Source: PVC group bacterium (GTDB taxonomy: Bacteria > Omnitrophota > Gorgyraeia > B26-G9). Taken from it: 64,000 bases of DNA. Shown in pieces: positions 28,367 through 38,089 of this stretch. The notes beneath the pieces are model-generated. The model searched no databases. It was not told the DNA's origin and worked only from the letters and a program-made list of their open reading frames with translations. The stretch's first letter is position 1. Every line of letters begins with the position of its first letter. The position numbers and the translations under genes were made by a program. The stretch lies in contig JAAEQR010000072.1 of NCBI GenBank assembly GCA_024231215.1, forward strand, positions 641,210 to 705,209, in the 5' to 3' direction.

Positions 28367-29644
28367 ATGAGTTTATTGATAAAAAACGGAAGAGTAGTTG
28401 ATGCGAAAAATAAACAAGACGGTGTGTTTGATATATTAGTCGAAGGGGCTAAAATATCCAAGATTGCAAAAAATATTGTGAGCAAAGATGATAATGTTTT
28501 TGACGCTAAAGGAATGCTTGTAGTCCCGGGATTAATAGACTTGCATGTGCATCTTAGGGAGCCGGGATATGAATACAAAGAAACAATACTTAGTGGCAGC
28601 CAAGCTGCTGCGCGAGGTGGATTTACAAGTATTTGCTGTATGCCGAACACAAACCCGGTCATCGATAACCAGGGTGTAGTGGATTTTGTTTTCGCAGAAA
28701 GTAAAAAAGCCGGATTAGTAAATGTTTTTCCGGTCGGAGCAATTACTAAGGGTTTAAAGGGAGAGGATCTGGCGGATATTGCAGATATGAAAGAATCAGG
28801 AGTTGTTGCTCTTTCTGATGACGGTTATGAAGTTGCAAGTGCGGCACTTTTAAGAATGGCCATGGAATATGCATCGATGTTTGATCTGCCGATTATTGCG
28901 CATTGTGAAGATAAAGAACTTTCAAGTGGTGGAGTTATGAATGAAGGGTACATGTCTACGGTACTTGGTTTAAAAGGCATTCCGCGAGTGGCTGAGATAA
29001 CTATGGTTAGCCGGGATATTGAACTTGCTCGTTTTACAGGGACAAAATTGCATATTGCACATGTAAGCTGTAAAGAGTCTGTAGCATTAATAAAGAAAGC
29101 AAAAAAAGAAGGAGTCAAAGTAACTTCGGAATGCTGCCCTCATCATTTTAGTTTAACTGAAGAGGCTGTTGAGCAGTATGATACTAATACAAAGGTCAAT
29201 CCACCGTTACGTACAAAAGAAGATGTTGAAGCAATAAAAAAAGGATTGAAAGACGGAACTATAGATTGTATCGCTACGGATCATGCTCCGCATTCAATTT
29301 CTGAAAAAGATACCGAGTATGATCTGGCTCCGTTTGGCATAATTGGCAGTGAAACAGCTCTAGGATTGGTTATGACCGAATTAGTGGATAAAGGGATATT
29401 ATCTATAGAGCAGGTAGTGGAAAAGATGGCATTGAATCCGGCAAGAGTTATCGGTCAGGATAAGGGGTATTTATCCGAAGGTGGTTGTGCGGATATTACT
29501 ATAATTGATCCAAAGCAGGAATGGGTTGTGGAAAAGGATGGATTTGTTTCCAAATCAAGCAACTCGCCTTTTATCGGAAAAACACTTACCGGTCAGGTTA
29601 TGGCGACTATTGTTTCCGGAAAAATAGTGTTTGAAAAGAGTTAA
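28367..29644 (+). CDS. pyrC: dihydroorotase
   Basis: 'DLHVHLREPG' metal-binding motif. About 425 aa. Confidence 0.9.
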   Translation: MSLLIKNGRVVDAKNKQDGVFDILVEGAKISKIAKNIVSKDDNVFDAKGMLVVPGLIDLHVHLREPGYEYKETILSGSQAAARGGFTSICCMPNTNPVIDNQGVVDFVFAESKKAGLVNVFPVGAITKGLKGEDLADIADMKESGVVALSDDGYEVASAALLRMAMEYASMFDLPIIAHCEDKELSSGGVMNEGYMSTVLGLKGIPRVAEITMVSRDIELARFTGTKLHIAHVSCKESVALIKKAKKEGVKVTSECCPHHFSLTEEAVEQYDTNTKVNPPLRTKEDVEAIKKGLKDGTIDCIATDHAPHSISEKDTEYDLAPFGIIGSETALGLVMTELVDKGILSIEQVVEKMALNPARVIGQDKGYLSEGGCADITIIDPKQEWVVEKDGFVSKSSNSPFIGKTLTGQVMATIVSGKIVFEKS

Positions 29645-30891
29645 TGGAATTTATAGCAGATCTTCATATACATTCTAAGTATAGTCGGGCTACATCTCCG
29701 CAGATGAATGTGGAAAGCTTGGCGAAGTGGGCTAAGATCAAAGGGATTGATTTAATTGGTACCGGAGATTTTACGCATCATTTATGGGTTAAGGAATTAA
29801 AGGAAAAGCTTGAGCCGGCAGGTAATGGCTTATATGTGCATGAAGATGTGCATTTTATGCTGACGGCTGAGATCAGCAGCATTTATTCTAAGAACGGACG
29901 CTGTTATAGAATCCATAATGTTATATTTGCGCCTTCTATTGAAACTGTGGAGAAAATTAATAAGGTTTTAGGAAGTATCGGAAATATTGTTTCCGATGGC
30001 AGGCCGATACTTGGGCTTGATGCTGCAAAACTTGCTAGAATCATATTTGATATTGATGAAAATTGCGTGATTGTTCCCGCCCATATCTGGACGCCTTGGT
30101 TTAGCTTGTTTGGATCAATGTCCGGGTTTGACCGCTTAGAGGATTGTTTTGAAGAGCAGTCGGAAAAGATATTCTGTCTTGAAACCGGACTTTCATCTGA
30201 TCCGGCGATGAACTGGCGTTTAAGCGCTTTAGATAGATACTCTCTAATTTCTAATTCAGATTCACATTCTCCCCAGAAGATCGGTAGAGAAGCAAATGTA
30301 TTTGATTGTGACCTGTCGTATTATGAAATCAGGGATGCTTTAAAAACTAAAGATAAAAAAAGATTTCTATATACTATAGAATTTTTCCCGGAAGAGGGGA
30401 AATATCATTATGACGGGCATAGAAACTGTGGGGTTAGATGTTCTCCTCGTGAAACTAAAGATTTTAATGGGATTTGCCCTGAATGCGGAAAAAATTTAAC
30501 TGTGGGGGTTACTAATAGGGTCGATGTTTTAGCGGATCGCGACGAAGGGATTAAACCAAAAAATGCTATCCCATATAAAAATTTCATTCCATTAATTGAA
30601 ATTATTTCTGAAGCGCGTGGTGTAGGAGTTAATTCTAAGGCTGTAAATAAAGAATATATGGAAGCTATTGAACATTTTGGTACTGAGTTTGAAATTCTAA
30701 TGAGGGCAACTGAATATGATTTAAAAAAAGCCTTAACTGAGCGTACTGCCGAAGGGGTTTTAAAAGTGCGTCGAGGAGAAGTTAATATCAATCCGGGTTT
30801 TGACGGAGAATACGGGAAAGTAAAGATATTTAAAAGGGAAGAAACTAAAACTAAAAATAAAATTGACGGAAAACAATTGAGGTTTTTTTAA
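29644..30891 (+). CDS. PHP-domain nuclease, endonuclease Q-like (TIGR00375 family)
   Basis: N-terminal 'DLHIHSKYSRATS' PHP motif and a C-terminal 'CPECGKNLTVGVTNRVDVLADR' zinc-finger region, the architecture of EndoQ. TAATG overlap with pyrC. Confidence 0.55.
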   Translation: MEFIADLHIHSKYSRATSPQMNVESLAKWAKIKGIDLIGTGDFTHHLWVKELKEKLEPAGNGLYVHEDVHFMLTAEISSIYSKNGRCYRIHNVIFAPSIETVEKINKVLGSIGNIVSDGRPILGLDAAKLARIIFDIDENCVIVPAHIWTPWFSLFGSMSGFDRLEDCFEEQSEKIFCLETGLSSDPAMNWRLSALDRYSLISNSDSHSPQKIGREANVFDCDLSYYEIRDALKTKDKKRFLYTIEFFPEEGKYHYDGHRNCGVRCSPRETKDFNGICPECGKNLTVGVTNRVDVLADRDEGIKPKNAIPYKNFIPLIEIISEARGVGVNSKAVNKEYMEAIEHFGTEFEILMRATEYDLKKALTERTAEGVLKVRRGEVNINPGFDGEYGKVKIFKREETKTKNKIDGKQLRFF

Positions 30892-30892
30892 T

Positions 30893-31384
30893 ATGAAAAA
30901 AGCAATAATCACATTTTATTCGTATACGGGGAATACTAAATTAGTTGCCGAATCTTTAAAGGAAGAACTTGGACAAGGTTATCAGACAGATCTAATGCAG
31001 ATTGACACGTTAGATGAATCTCCTACTTTTATTGGACAGGCTGTGCGTGCTTTTCTTAAGAAAGAAGCAAAAATATCTAAAGAAACAGTGTCTGATTTCT
31101 CGCCGTATGATTTAATTGCAATTGGAACACCGGTGTGGGCGTTTGGTCCAGCGCCGGCAGTACGCACTTTGTTGAATGGTTGTACCGGGATACAAGATAA
31201 AAAGATAATTTTATTTTCCACCTATGGCAGTGGTACCGGGAAAAATAAGTGTATGAGGGAAATGGAGACAATCGTCAAAGATAAAGGAGCAGCCCAGACA
31301 GTCTTATTTGGTGTGCAGCAGTTTGAATTGAAAAATAAGGAAAAAGTAATCAATAGTGTTAAAACTGCGATATCTAAAATATGA
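30893..31384 (+). CDS. flavodoxin-like protein
   Basis: 'IITFYSYTGNTKLVAE' flavodoxin FMN-binding N-terminus. 163 aa. Confidence 0.65.
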   Translation: MKKAIITFYSYTGNTKLVAESLKEELGQGYQTDLMQIDTLDESPTFIGQAVRAFLKKEAKISKETVSDFSPYDLIAIGTPVWAFGPAPAVRTLLNGCTGIQDKKIILFSTYGSGTGKNKCMREMETIVKDKGAAQTVLFGVQQFELKNKEKVINSVKTAISKI

Positions 31385-31842
31385 ATAAAAAATTTTTGAT
31401 TTCAGTTGTTGGTGGACATAAGACAGATAAAAAAACTGCAAAATTGGCGCATGAGGTGGGGAAGGTAATTGCCGCAGCCGGGGCAATAATGATTTGCGGT
31501 GGTTTGTCCGGAGTTATGGAGTGTGCGGCAAAAGGAGTAAAAGATGCGGGTGGTGTAACTGTTGGTATTCTGCCGGGTAAAGATAAAAATGAAGCAAATA
31601 AATATATTGATATCCCTATTCCTACGGGGTTAGGATATACTCGAAATACATTGGTAGCAGGATGTGCAGATATGGTTATTGCCTTTCCGGGCAAAGAAGG
31701 TACTTTATCTGAGATTGGTTTTGCTTTGAGCGAGAAGAAGCCAGTAATTGGATTAAATACCTGGGATATCCCCGGGGTTAAAAAAGTAAAATCAGTTCAG
31801 GAAGTCGAAAAGACGATAAAAAAGATTATGGCTAAGGGGTGA
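31381..31842 (+). CDS. TIGR00725 / SLOG-LOG-like Rossmann-fold nucleotide-binding protein
   Basis: 'ICGGLSGVMECAAKGVKDAGGVTVGILP' and 'GKEGTLSE', typical of the LOG/TIGR00725 family. Confidence 0.6.
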   Translation: MNKKFLISVVGGHKTDKKTAKLAHEVGKVIAAAGAIMICGGLSGVMECAAKGVKDAGGVTVGILPGKDKNEANKYIDIPIPTGLGYTRNTLVAGCADMVIAFPGKEGTLSEIGFALSEKKPVIGLNTWDIPGVKKVKSVQEVEKTIKKIMAKG

Positions 31843-31843
31843 A

Positions 31844-32233
31844 ATGGAAAAGATATCCGTAAAGACAACCGGACAGGTAGAATTAGTTGATATTACCTCA
31901 AAGATACAGGCAGTTGTAAATAAGATTGGCAAAAAAGAAGGGATATGTGTTGTGTTTGTCTCTCATACAACTGCGGCAGTGACAATTAATGAAAATGCAG
32001 ATCCTGATGTACGCCGGGATATTATAAAAGAAGTGAATAAAATAGTTCCATTTAATGACGGCTATGCTCATTGTGAAGGGAACTCTGCAGCGCATATAAA
32101 AGCATCTTTATTTGGTTTTTCAGAAACGGTGGTTATTGAAAAAGGGGCTTTGCAATTAGGCACTTGGCAGGGTATATATTTTGCTGAATTTGACGGGCCG
32201 CGTAATCGTGAAGTATGGATAAAAATAATATAA
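31844..32233 (+). CDS. yjbQ: YjbQ family (UPF0047) secondary thiamine-phosphate synthase-like protein
   Basis: 'VFVSHTTAAVTINENADPDV...HIKASLFG' is characteristic of YjbQ. Confidence 0.7.
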   Translation: MEKISVKTTGQVELVDITSKIQAVVNKIGKKEGICVVFVSHTTAAVTINENADPDVRRDIIKEVNKIVPFNDGYAHCEGNSAAHIKASLFGFSETVVIEKGALQLGTWQGIYFAEFDGPRNREVWIKII

Positions 32234-32237
32234 TAGT

Positions 32238-33053
32238 ATGCCTGAATTACCAGAAGTTGAAACAATAAGAAAAGATCTGAAAAAGGTTCTTTTAAATGAA
32301 AAAATTAATGAGATTGTTGTTAATAACCCAAAGGTTATTAAGGAGCCATCGCTAAAGAAGTTTAATCAACTGCTGATAAAATCACGTGTTATAGATATAT
32401 TTCGCAGAGGTAAATTATTAGTGTTAGGAATTGAAAAAAGTGGGGAAAAGTATTTTTTTGCGATTCATTTAAGAATGTCCGGACAGATTATTTATGGGCA
32501 GAAGAATATCAAAAGCAGAGTTAGTTTTAAACTATCCAATAATAAATGGCTTAATTATAATGATCAGCGTTTATTAGGTGTGTTAAGAGTTGTTAGGGAT
32601 TGGCAAAATCTTAGTGTCATAAAAAAAATGGGTCCTGAGCCTCTGGGTAAGGAGTTTACCCAGAGTGAGTTTAAACAGCGAGTAAGTAAAAGAAAAGGGA
32701 AAATAAAATCGCTTTTACTGGATCAGACTTTTGTTGCGGGTATCGGAAACATTTACGCAGCAGAGTCTTTGTTTTTATCCGGAATTAATCCTCAGCGGAG
32801 AGCCGATACTTTGCGGGATAATGAAATTAAAAAGTTATTTGATAGTATCAGGAAGGTTCTTGCCGAAGCGATTAAATATCGTGGAACATCTTTTAGCATG
32901 TACCGGGACGGACACGGAGAAGGCGGAAAGTTCTTGAACCGTCTTTTTGTCTATGGACGAAAAGGAAAATCTTGTTTAAAATGTAAGACACCGGTCAGAA
33001 GAATTGTCTTGGCCGGAAGAGGAACGTATTTTTGCGAGAAATGTCAGAGTTAA
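32238..33053 (+). CDS. mutM: formamidopyrimidine-DNA glycosylase
   Basis: N-terminal 'MPELPEVET' and a C-terminal zinc finger 'CLKCKTPV...CEKCQ'. Confidence 0.85.
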   Translation: MPELPEVETIRKDLKKVLLNEKINEIVVNNPKVIKEPSLKKFNQLLIKSRVIDIFRRGKLLVLGIEKSGEKYFFAIHLRMSGQIIYGQKNIKSRVSFKLSNNKWLNYNDQRLLGVLRVVRDWQNLSVIKKMGPEPLGKEFTQSEFKQRVSKRKGKIKSLLLDQTFVAGIGNIYAAESLFLSGINPQRRADTLRDNEIKKLFDSIRKVLAEAIKYRGTSFSMYRDGHGEGGKFLNRLFVYGRKGKSCLKCKTPVRRIVLAGRGTYFCEKCQS

Positions 33054-33102
33054 ATTGTAGGGGCGGCGCTTGTCTTTGCCCGAATAAAAGGAGTAGAGGA
33101 TA

Positions 33103-33933
33103 TTGATTTACGATGTTAAAGCTACAATAGTTAGTAATACAAAAATAGCGCATGACGTTTACCGCTTAGAGATGGATGTGCCCAAATTGGCGACTAAGCT
33201 GCGTCCCGGTCAGTTTATGCATTTAAGGGTTGGGACAGGGATTGATCCTTTGCTTCGCCGGCCGTTTAGCACTTATCGAATAATAAAAAAACGTGGTAAT
33301 AAGCGTGATCTTGTCGGTATAATCTATCGCGTGGTTGGTAAAGGGACTGATTTACTTACGCAAAAGTGTAGAGGAGAGCAGATAGATGTACTTGGGGCAT
33401 TAGGTAACGGATTTGATATTAGTCCTAAGTTTTTAAAAAAGTCTCAGATTATTTTAGTTGGTGGTGGAATAGGAGTTGTTCCGTTGGTGTATCTTGCGGA
33501 GACATTAAAAAAGAAAAGTAAAGCAGAGGTTATTGCTTTTATTGGTGCAGCAACAAAACAAGATATTGTATGTATTAAAGATTTAAAAGAGCATGGGTGT
33601 AAAGTCAATATTTCCACGGATGACGGAACTCAAGGATATAAGGGGTATGTATCGGATATGTTAGAACAGTATTTAAGCGATACACAATGCTTCGAAAACC
33701 CATATATTTATGCCTGTGGACCGTTTCCCATGCTTAAGGCGTTAAGTATGCTTGCATGTAAATTCGGGTTAGACGGACAGGTTTCAGTGGACGAGATGAT
33801 GGGCTGTGGGATAGGTGCTTGTCTTGGCTGTGTAATAAAAACGAAAAATCTTTCAGATAATACCTCGGGGTATAAAAGAATTTGTAAAGACGGTCCTGTA
33901 TTTGACATTAATGAAATTGTTTGGGAGGATTAA
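33103..33933 (+). CDS. pyrK: dihydroorotate dehydrogenase electron transfer subunit
   Basis: FNR-like FAD/NAD domain and C-terminal 'CGIGACLGC' 2Fe-2S motif. TTG start with an AGGAG RBS. Confidence 0.8.
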   Translation: MIYDVKATIVSNTKIAHDVYRLEMDVPKLATKLRPGQFMHLRVGTGIDPLLRRPFSTYRIIKKRGNKRDLVGIIYRVVGKGTDLLTQKCRGEQIDVLGALGNGFDISPKFLKKSQIILVGGGIGVVPLVYLAETLKKKSKAEVIAFIGAATKQDIVCIKDLKEHGCKVNISTDDGTQGYKGYVSDMLEQYLSDTQCFENPYIYACGPFPMLKALSMLACKFGLDGQVSVDEMMGCGIGACLGCVIKTKNLSDNTSGYKRICKDGPVFDINEIVWED

Positions 33934-34292
33934 CTATGACATGGGTACATATTGTCATTGGTCTGGTTGCGGGAATCTGCGGCGGCTTTTTTGGTATTGG
34001 CGGCGCAACTGTGATTGTTCCGGCGTTAGTGCTTTTTTTAGGCTTTTCTCAGCATCAGGCTCAAGGAACCACGCTTGCGGCGATGATTCCTCCTATTGGT
34101 CTTTTAGCGGCATTGCGTTATTATCAGCAGGGTAATGTTAAGATTTCTGCGGCGTTATTTATTGCCTTGGGATTTTTTATCGGGGCTTATTTTGGGGCGC
34201 AGTTAGTGGAGAAAGTTCCTGATATATTGTTGAAGAGACTATTTGGTTGTTTTCTTTTAATTATTGCGGTACGATTGATTCTAACAAAATAG
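33921..34292 (+). CDS. TauE/SafE (DUF81) family small membrane protein, half-size at 4 TM helices
   Basis: 'GGFFGIGGATVIVPALVLFLG' and 'TLAAMIPPIGLLAALRY' TauE/SafE signatures. It overlaps the pyrK 3' end and may start at 33936. Confidence 0.5.
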   Translation: MGGLTMTWVHIVIGLVAGICGGFFGIGGATVIVPALVLFLGFSQHQAQGTTLAAMIPPIGLLAALRYYQQGNVKISAALFIALGFFIGAYFGAQLVEKVPDILLKRLFGCFLLIIAVRLILTK

Positions 34293-34311
34293 AAAGTAAT
34301 ATAATAAAATT

Positions 34312-35253
34312 ATGAATCTACACGTTAAATTAGGAAAATTAAAATTAAAAAATCCGGTTACGGTTGCTTCCGGGACTTTTGGATATGCGAAAGAGTTTGA
34401 GGATTTAGTATCGGTTAAAAGTCTGGGCGCAATTATTACCAAAACAATTACGGTAAATCCGCGTTTAGGTAATCCTCCGCCGCGTTTAGCGGAAACAGCT
34501 TCAGGTATGTTGAATGCAATTGGTCTACAGAATGAAGGTTTGGATAATTTTTTAAAGTTCAAATATCCTGCACTTAAGAAAATAGGAACTGAAGTTATTG
34601 TGAGTATAAGCGCGCAAACAAAAAAGGATTTTATTTTTCTGGCTCAGAACCTTGAGTCTGCCGGGGTTAAGGCAGTAGAAGTAAATCTTTCATGTCCGAA
34701 TATATCTTATGCCGCAAATAATTCAAAGAAAAACCAACAGATAAGTAGGGCTAAATCTTTTGCCCAGGATGCAAAGGCTACATATGATGTAGTTTCGGCT
34801 TTGCGTAAAAAAACAAAATTAACTTTGATTGTAAAACTTACCCCAAATGTTACTGATATCACTGAAATTGCACTTGCTGCCGAACGTGCCGGGGCCGATG
34901 TGTTGAGCTTAGTGAATACATTTTTAGGGATGGCGATAGATGTTGAAACCCGCTTGCCAAAAATAGCTAATATTACCGGCGGGTTGAGTGGTCCGGCAAT
35001 AAAACCGCTTGCGGTACGTATGGTATATGATGTTGCACGTGCTGTTAAAATTCCGGTAATTGGGGTCGGTGGGATAATGTCGGCCGAAGATGCACTTGAA
35101 TTTATGATTGCCGGAGCTAGAGCAATTAGTGTGGGTACAGCTAGTTTTGTTAATCCAAAAGCGGCAATAGAGATAATAGAAGGATTGAAACTATATTGTA
35201 AAGAGAATAAAATTAAAGATATTAATAAGCTGGTAGGGAAAATCAGTTTATAG
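34312..35253 (+). CDS. pyrD: dihydroorotate dehydrogenase (class 1B) catalytic subunit
   Basis: 'NPVTVASGTFGY' and 'NLSCPN' motifs. Confidence 0.85.
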   Translation: MNLHVKLGKLKLKNPVTVASGTFGYAKEFEDLVSVKSLGAIITKTITVNPRLGNPPPRLAETASGMLNAIGLQNEGLDNFLKFKYPALKKIGTEVIVSISAQTKKDFIFLAQNLESAGVKAVEVNLSCPNISYAANNSKKNQQISRAKSFAQDAKATYDVVSALRKKTKLTLIVKLTPNVTDITEIALAAERAGADVLSLVNTFLGMAIDVETRLPKIANITGGLSGPAIKPLAVRMVYDVARAVKIPVIGVGGIMSAEDALEFMIAGARAISVGTASFVNPKAAIEIIEGLKLYCKENKIKDINKLVGKISL

Positions 35254-35320
35254 TTTATGGTTGATAGTTCATAGAAAAAGCAAAAAACTAAAAATAAAAG
35301 ACATCTAGGAGAAATTTATT

Positions 35321-36049
35321 ATGAAAAAAAACACAGAACTTATAGTTGCGTTGGATACCGAGTCTCTAGATGAGGCGCGTAGTATTGTAGATAAATTATC
35401 CGGAGTGGTTAGATTTTTTAAAATAGGCAGTCAGTTATTTACTGCGGCTGGGCCAATTGCAGTGGAAATGGTTCGTAATAATAAGGCCGAGGTTTTTTTG
35501 GATCTAAAATTTCATGATATACCTAACACCGTAGCGAATGCAGCGATAAGTTCTATCCGGCTTGGTATTTCCATGTTCAATGTACATGCAATGGGTGGGA
35601 AAGCAATGCTTATCAAAACCATGGAGGCGGTTAACGCTGAATGTGAACAAAGCGGGGTGAAAAAGCCGATTGTTTTAGGAGTAACTGTGCTTACGAGTAT
35701 GGATCGTCAGCAGCTTAACAGTATCGGGGTGGCGCGTAGCGTGAAAAATCAGGTAGGCTTTTTAGCTAAGTTATGCCAAAAGAGTGGCTTGGATGGTGTT
35801 GTTTGTTCCGGTAAGGAGATAAAGCTTTTGCGTCGAATCACAAATAAAGATTTTATCTTGGTAGTTCCCGGAGTCAGGCCGAAAGATTCTTTGCTTAATG
35901 ATCAAAAAAGAGTTATTACTCCGACTGATGCTGTGCGATTGGGGGCTGACTTTATTGTTGTAGGCAGACCTATAGTAGCAAACAAAGATCCGTCGCAGGC
36001 AGCAAAGGCGATTTTACAGGAAATACAAGCGGCCGCATCACTAGCTTAA
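35321..36049 (+). CDS. pyrF: orotidine 5'-phosphate decarboxylase
   Basis: 'LIVALDT' and 'DLKFHDIPNTV' motifs. Confidence 0.85.
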   Translation: MKKNTELIVALDTESLDEARSIVDKLSGVVRFFKIGSQLFTAAGPIAVEMVRNNKAEVFLDLKFHDIPNTVANAAISSIRLGISMFNVHAMGGKAMLIKTMEAVNAECEQSGVKKPIVLGVTVLTSMDRQQLNSIGVARSVKNQVGFLAKLCQKSGLDGVVCSGKEIKLLRRITNKDFILVVPGVRPKDSLLNDQKRVITPTDAVRLGADFIVVGRPIVANKDPSQAAKAILQEIQAAASLA

Positions 36050-36055
36050 CTTATG

Positions 36056-36084
36056 TTGACTTTTGTCCCAACCTCTAGTAAAAT
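36056..36084 (+). promoter_or_regulatory. sigma-70-like promoter (TTGACT, 17-nt spacer, TAAAAT) upstream of yicC
   Basis: TTGACT at 36056-36061 and TAAAAT at 36079-36084. Confidence 0.4.
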
Positions 36085-36163
36085 TAAAGTTTAGCACTAT
36101 TGCAAAAAATACATCTGCAACAGTGCTAGTTCAATAAAATAAACAAAATAAAGGAGAAGTATT

Positions 36164-37042
36164 TTGATAAAGAGCATGACCGGCTTTGGGCGGGGAAAAG
36201 CTGCTTTTGGCGGTGGTAATTTTACGGTAGAGTTTAAGACATATAATCATAAATTTTTCGAATTGAGTTATAAACTGCCGGAACAGCTTCAAACATATGA
36301 TGATCAGGTGAAGAAGTTGATCAAAAAGCAGATAATGCGTGGTAAAGTATACCTTTGGGTTAATTATGAGCGATGCTCAGATGATAGCTTGAATCTCACC
36401 GTAGATGAGAAAAGGGTGCGGCGGTACTACAATTTACTGGCTGAAGTGAAAAAGAAATTCAAGCTAAAAGACGATATTACACTTGAGCAATTGTTATCTT
36501 TTCCTGAGGTTATAGTTTGTAAGCCACATAAAGAAAATCAGACAGTCCTTTGGCGTGCAGCTAATATAGCTTTGAAAAAGGCTTTAGCAGCTTTGGTCCT
36601 GATGCGGCGTAAAGAAGGACGGTTTTTATATCAGGACTTGAATGAAAGAGCTAAAAACATAGAAAAAGCGTTAAAGAAAATAGAAAAATATATTCCTCAG
36701 GTATTGCATCGTTATGAAAGTAAACTGAAGAAAAGAGCTAAGAGCGCTGTAGACAGGAATGGCGGTCGGGGGGAGCGAGTACAGACAGAGTTGGCTGCAT
36801 TTGCCAAGAACTGTGATGTAAGTGAAGAAATGTCCCGTTTGAGCGCGCATATAAAAAACTTCAAGACTACATTGAAAACTAATAAAGAGACAGGTAAAGT
36901 TCTTGATTTTATTGCGCAGGAAGCGCAGAGAGAGATCAATACCTTAGGTGCTAAATGTTCTGATTTTAAAATTTCCAAAGAGGTTATTTATATTAAAGGA
37001 GAGATTGAAAAAATCAGAGAACAAGTCCAGAATGTGGAATAA
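36164..37042 (+). CDS. yicC: YicC family stress-induced protein
   Basis: N-terminal '[11 protein letters not shown]'. TTG start 11 nt after an AGGAGA RBS. Confidence 0.75.
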   Translation: MIKSMTGFGRGKAAFGGGNFTVEFKTYNHKFFELSYKLPEQLQTYDDQVKKLIKKQIMRGKVYLWVNYERCSDDSLNLTVDEKRVRRYYNLLAEVKKKFKLKDDITLEQLLSFPEVIVCKPHKENQTVLWRAANIALKKALAALVLMRRKEGRFLYQDLNERAKNIEKALKKIEKYIPQVLHRYESKLKKRAKSAVDRNGGRGERVQTELAAFAKNCDVSEEMSRLSAHIKNFKTTLKTNKETGKVLDFIAQEAQREINTLGAKCSDFKISKEVIYIKGEIEKIREQVQNVE

Positions 37043-37296
37043 TGCTGTCAAATAAACATTTTATAAATATCGGATACAATAATGTAATTGTTTTAAAAAG
37101 GGTAATTGCGATTGTTAACCCGGATGCTGCTCCTGTAAAGAGATTAAAAGAAGAAGCAAGACGTCTTAATAAACTTATTGATGCAACGAACGGGCGGCGT
37201 ACCCGCGCGGTAATTATAACTGATAGCGACCATGTTGTTCTTTCCAGTATTCAGCCGGAAACAGTGGCGCAGAGGATAGAAGATAGAGATGAGTAG
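37042..37296 (+). CDS. DUF370 / RemA-like protein
   Basis: '[21 protein letters not shown]...SAPVKRL' is the conserved DUF370 core. ATGA coupling with yicC. Confidence 0.65.
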   Translation: MLSNKHFINIGYNNVIVLKRVIAIVNPDAAPVKRLKEEARRLNKLIDATNGRRTRAVIITDSDHVVLSSIQPETVAQRIEDRDE

Positions 37297-37885
37297 TAAA
37301 GGAAGTTTATTTGTAGTATCAGCTCCTTCCGGAGCGGGTAAGACAACCCTATGTGAGAAGTTGCTTAAAACACTTCCTAATATAGTTAATTCTATTTCCA
37401 TGACAACTCGGCCGTTACGTTCCGGAGAAAAAAATAAAAATGATTATTTTTTTGTTTCCGAGACGGAATTTAAAAAGAAAATCAAAAATAACGGGTTATT
37501 AGAATATGCCAAAGTTTTTGGAAACTATTACGGTACTCCTAAAAGATTTGTGGAACAGAATTTGGCAAAGGGTAACGATGTTTTATTAAATATTGATGTT
37601 CAGGGTGCAATGCAAATCCGGAGGAAATTCCGGAGAAATTCCCGGTTTATTTTCATTCTGCCGCCTTCAATGAATGATTTAAAAAAACGGTTACTATTAA
37701 GAAAAACAGATACAAAACTTCAAATAAAAAAGAGATTAGATATGGCTAAAAAAGAATTAGCATATTTAAATTCTTATGACTATAAAATAGTTAATGATGA
37801 TTTAAAAAAAGCGTTTGGGCAACTCTTATCAATTGTTGTTGCGGCCCGTTGCGAGACAGAAAAAAGAAAGGTGAATCTTAAATGA
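37289..37885 (+). CDS. gmk: guanylate kinase
   Basis: P-loop '[11 protein letters not shown]'. Confidence 0.9.
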   Translation: MSSKGSLFVVSAPSGAGKTTLCEKLLKTLPNIVNSISMTTRPLRSGEKNKNDYFFVSETEFKKKIKNNGLLEYAKVFGNYYGTPKRFVEQNLAKGNDVLLNIDVQGAMQIRRKFRRNSRFIFILPPSMNDLKKRLLLRKTDTKLQIKKRLDMAKKELAYLNSYDYKIVNDDLKKAFGQLLSIVVAARCETEKRKVNLK

Positions 37886-38076
37886 TAAGTATTCCGGTAG
37901 AAGATTTAATTGAAAAAACAGGAAGTCTTTTTAAATTGGTTGTTCTTGCATCACAAAGAACCGTGGAGTTGAATGACGGTAGTGATCCGAGAATAGAGAA
38001 TACGAAAAATAAAAAGACAGCAGCTATTGCTTTGCATGAAATTGCCGAAGGTAAGGTTGATTTTACTTTAGAATAA
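37882..38076 (+). CDS. rpoZ: DNA-directed RNA polymerase subunit omega
   Basis: 64 aa, 'SLFKLVVLASQRTVEL', immediately downstream of gmk as in many bacteria. Confidence 0.75.
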   Translation: MISIPVEDLIEKTGSLFKLVVLASQRTVELNDGSDPRIENTKNKKTAAIALHEIAEGKVDFTLE

Positions 38077-38089
38077 AGAATAAGATGTT

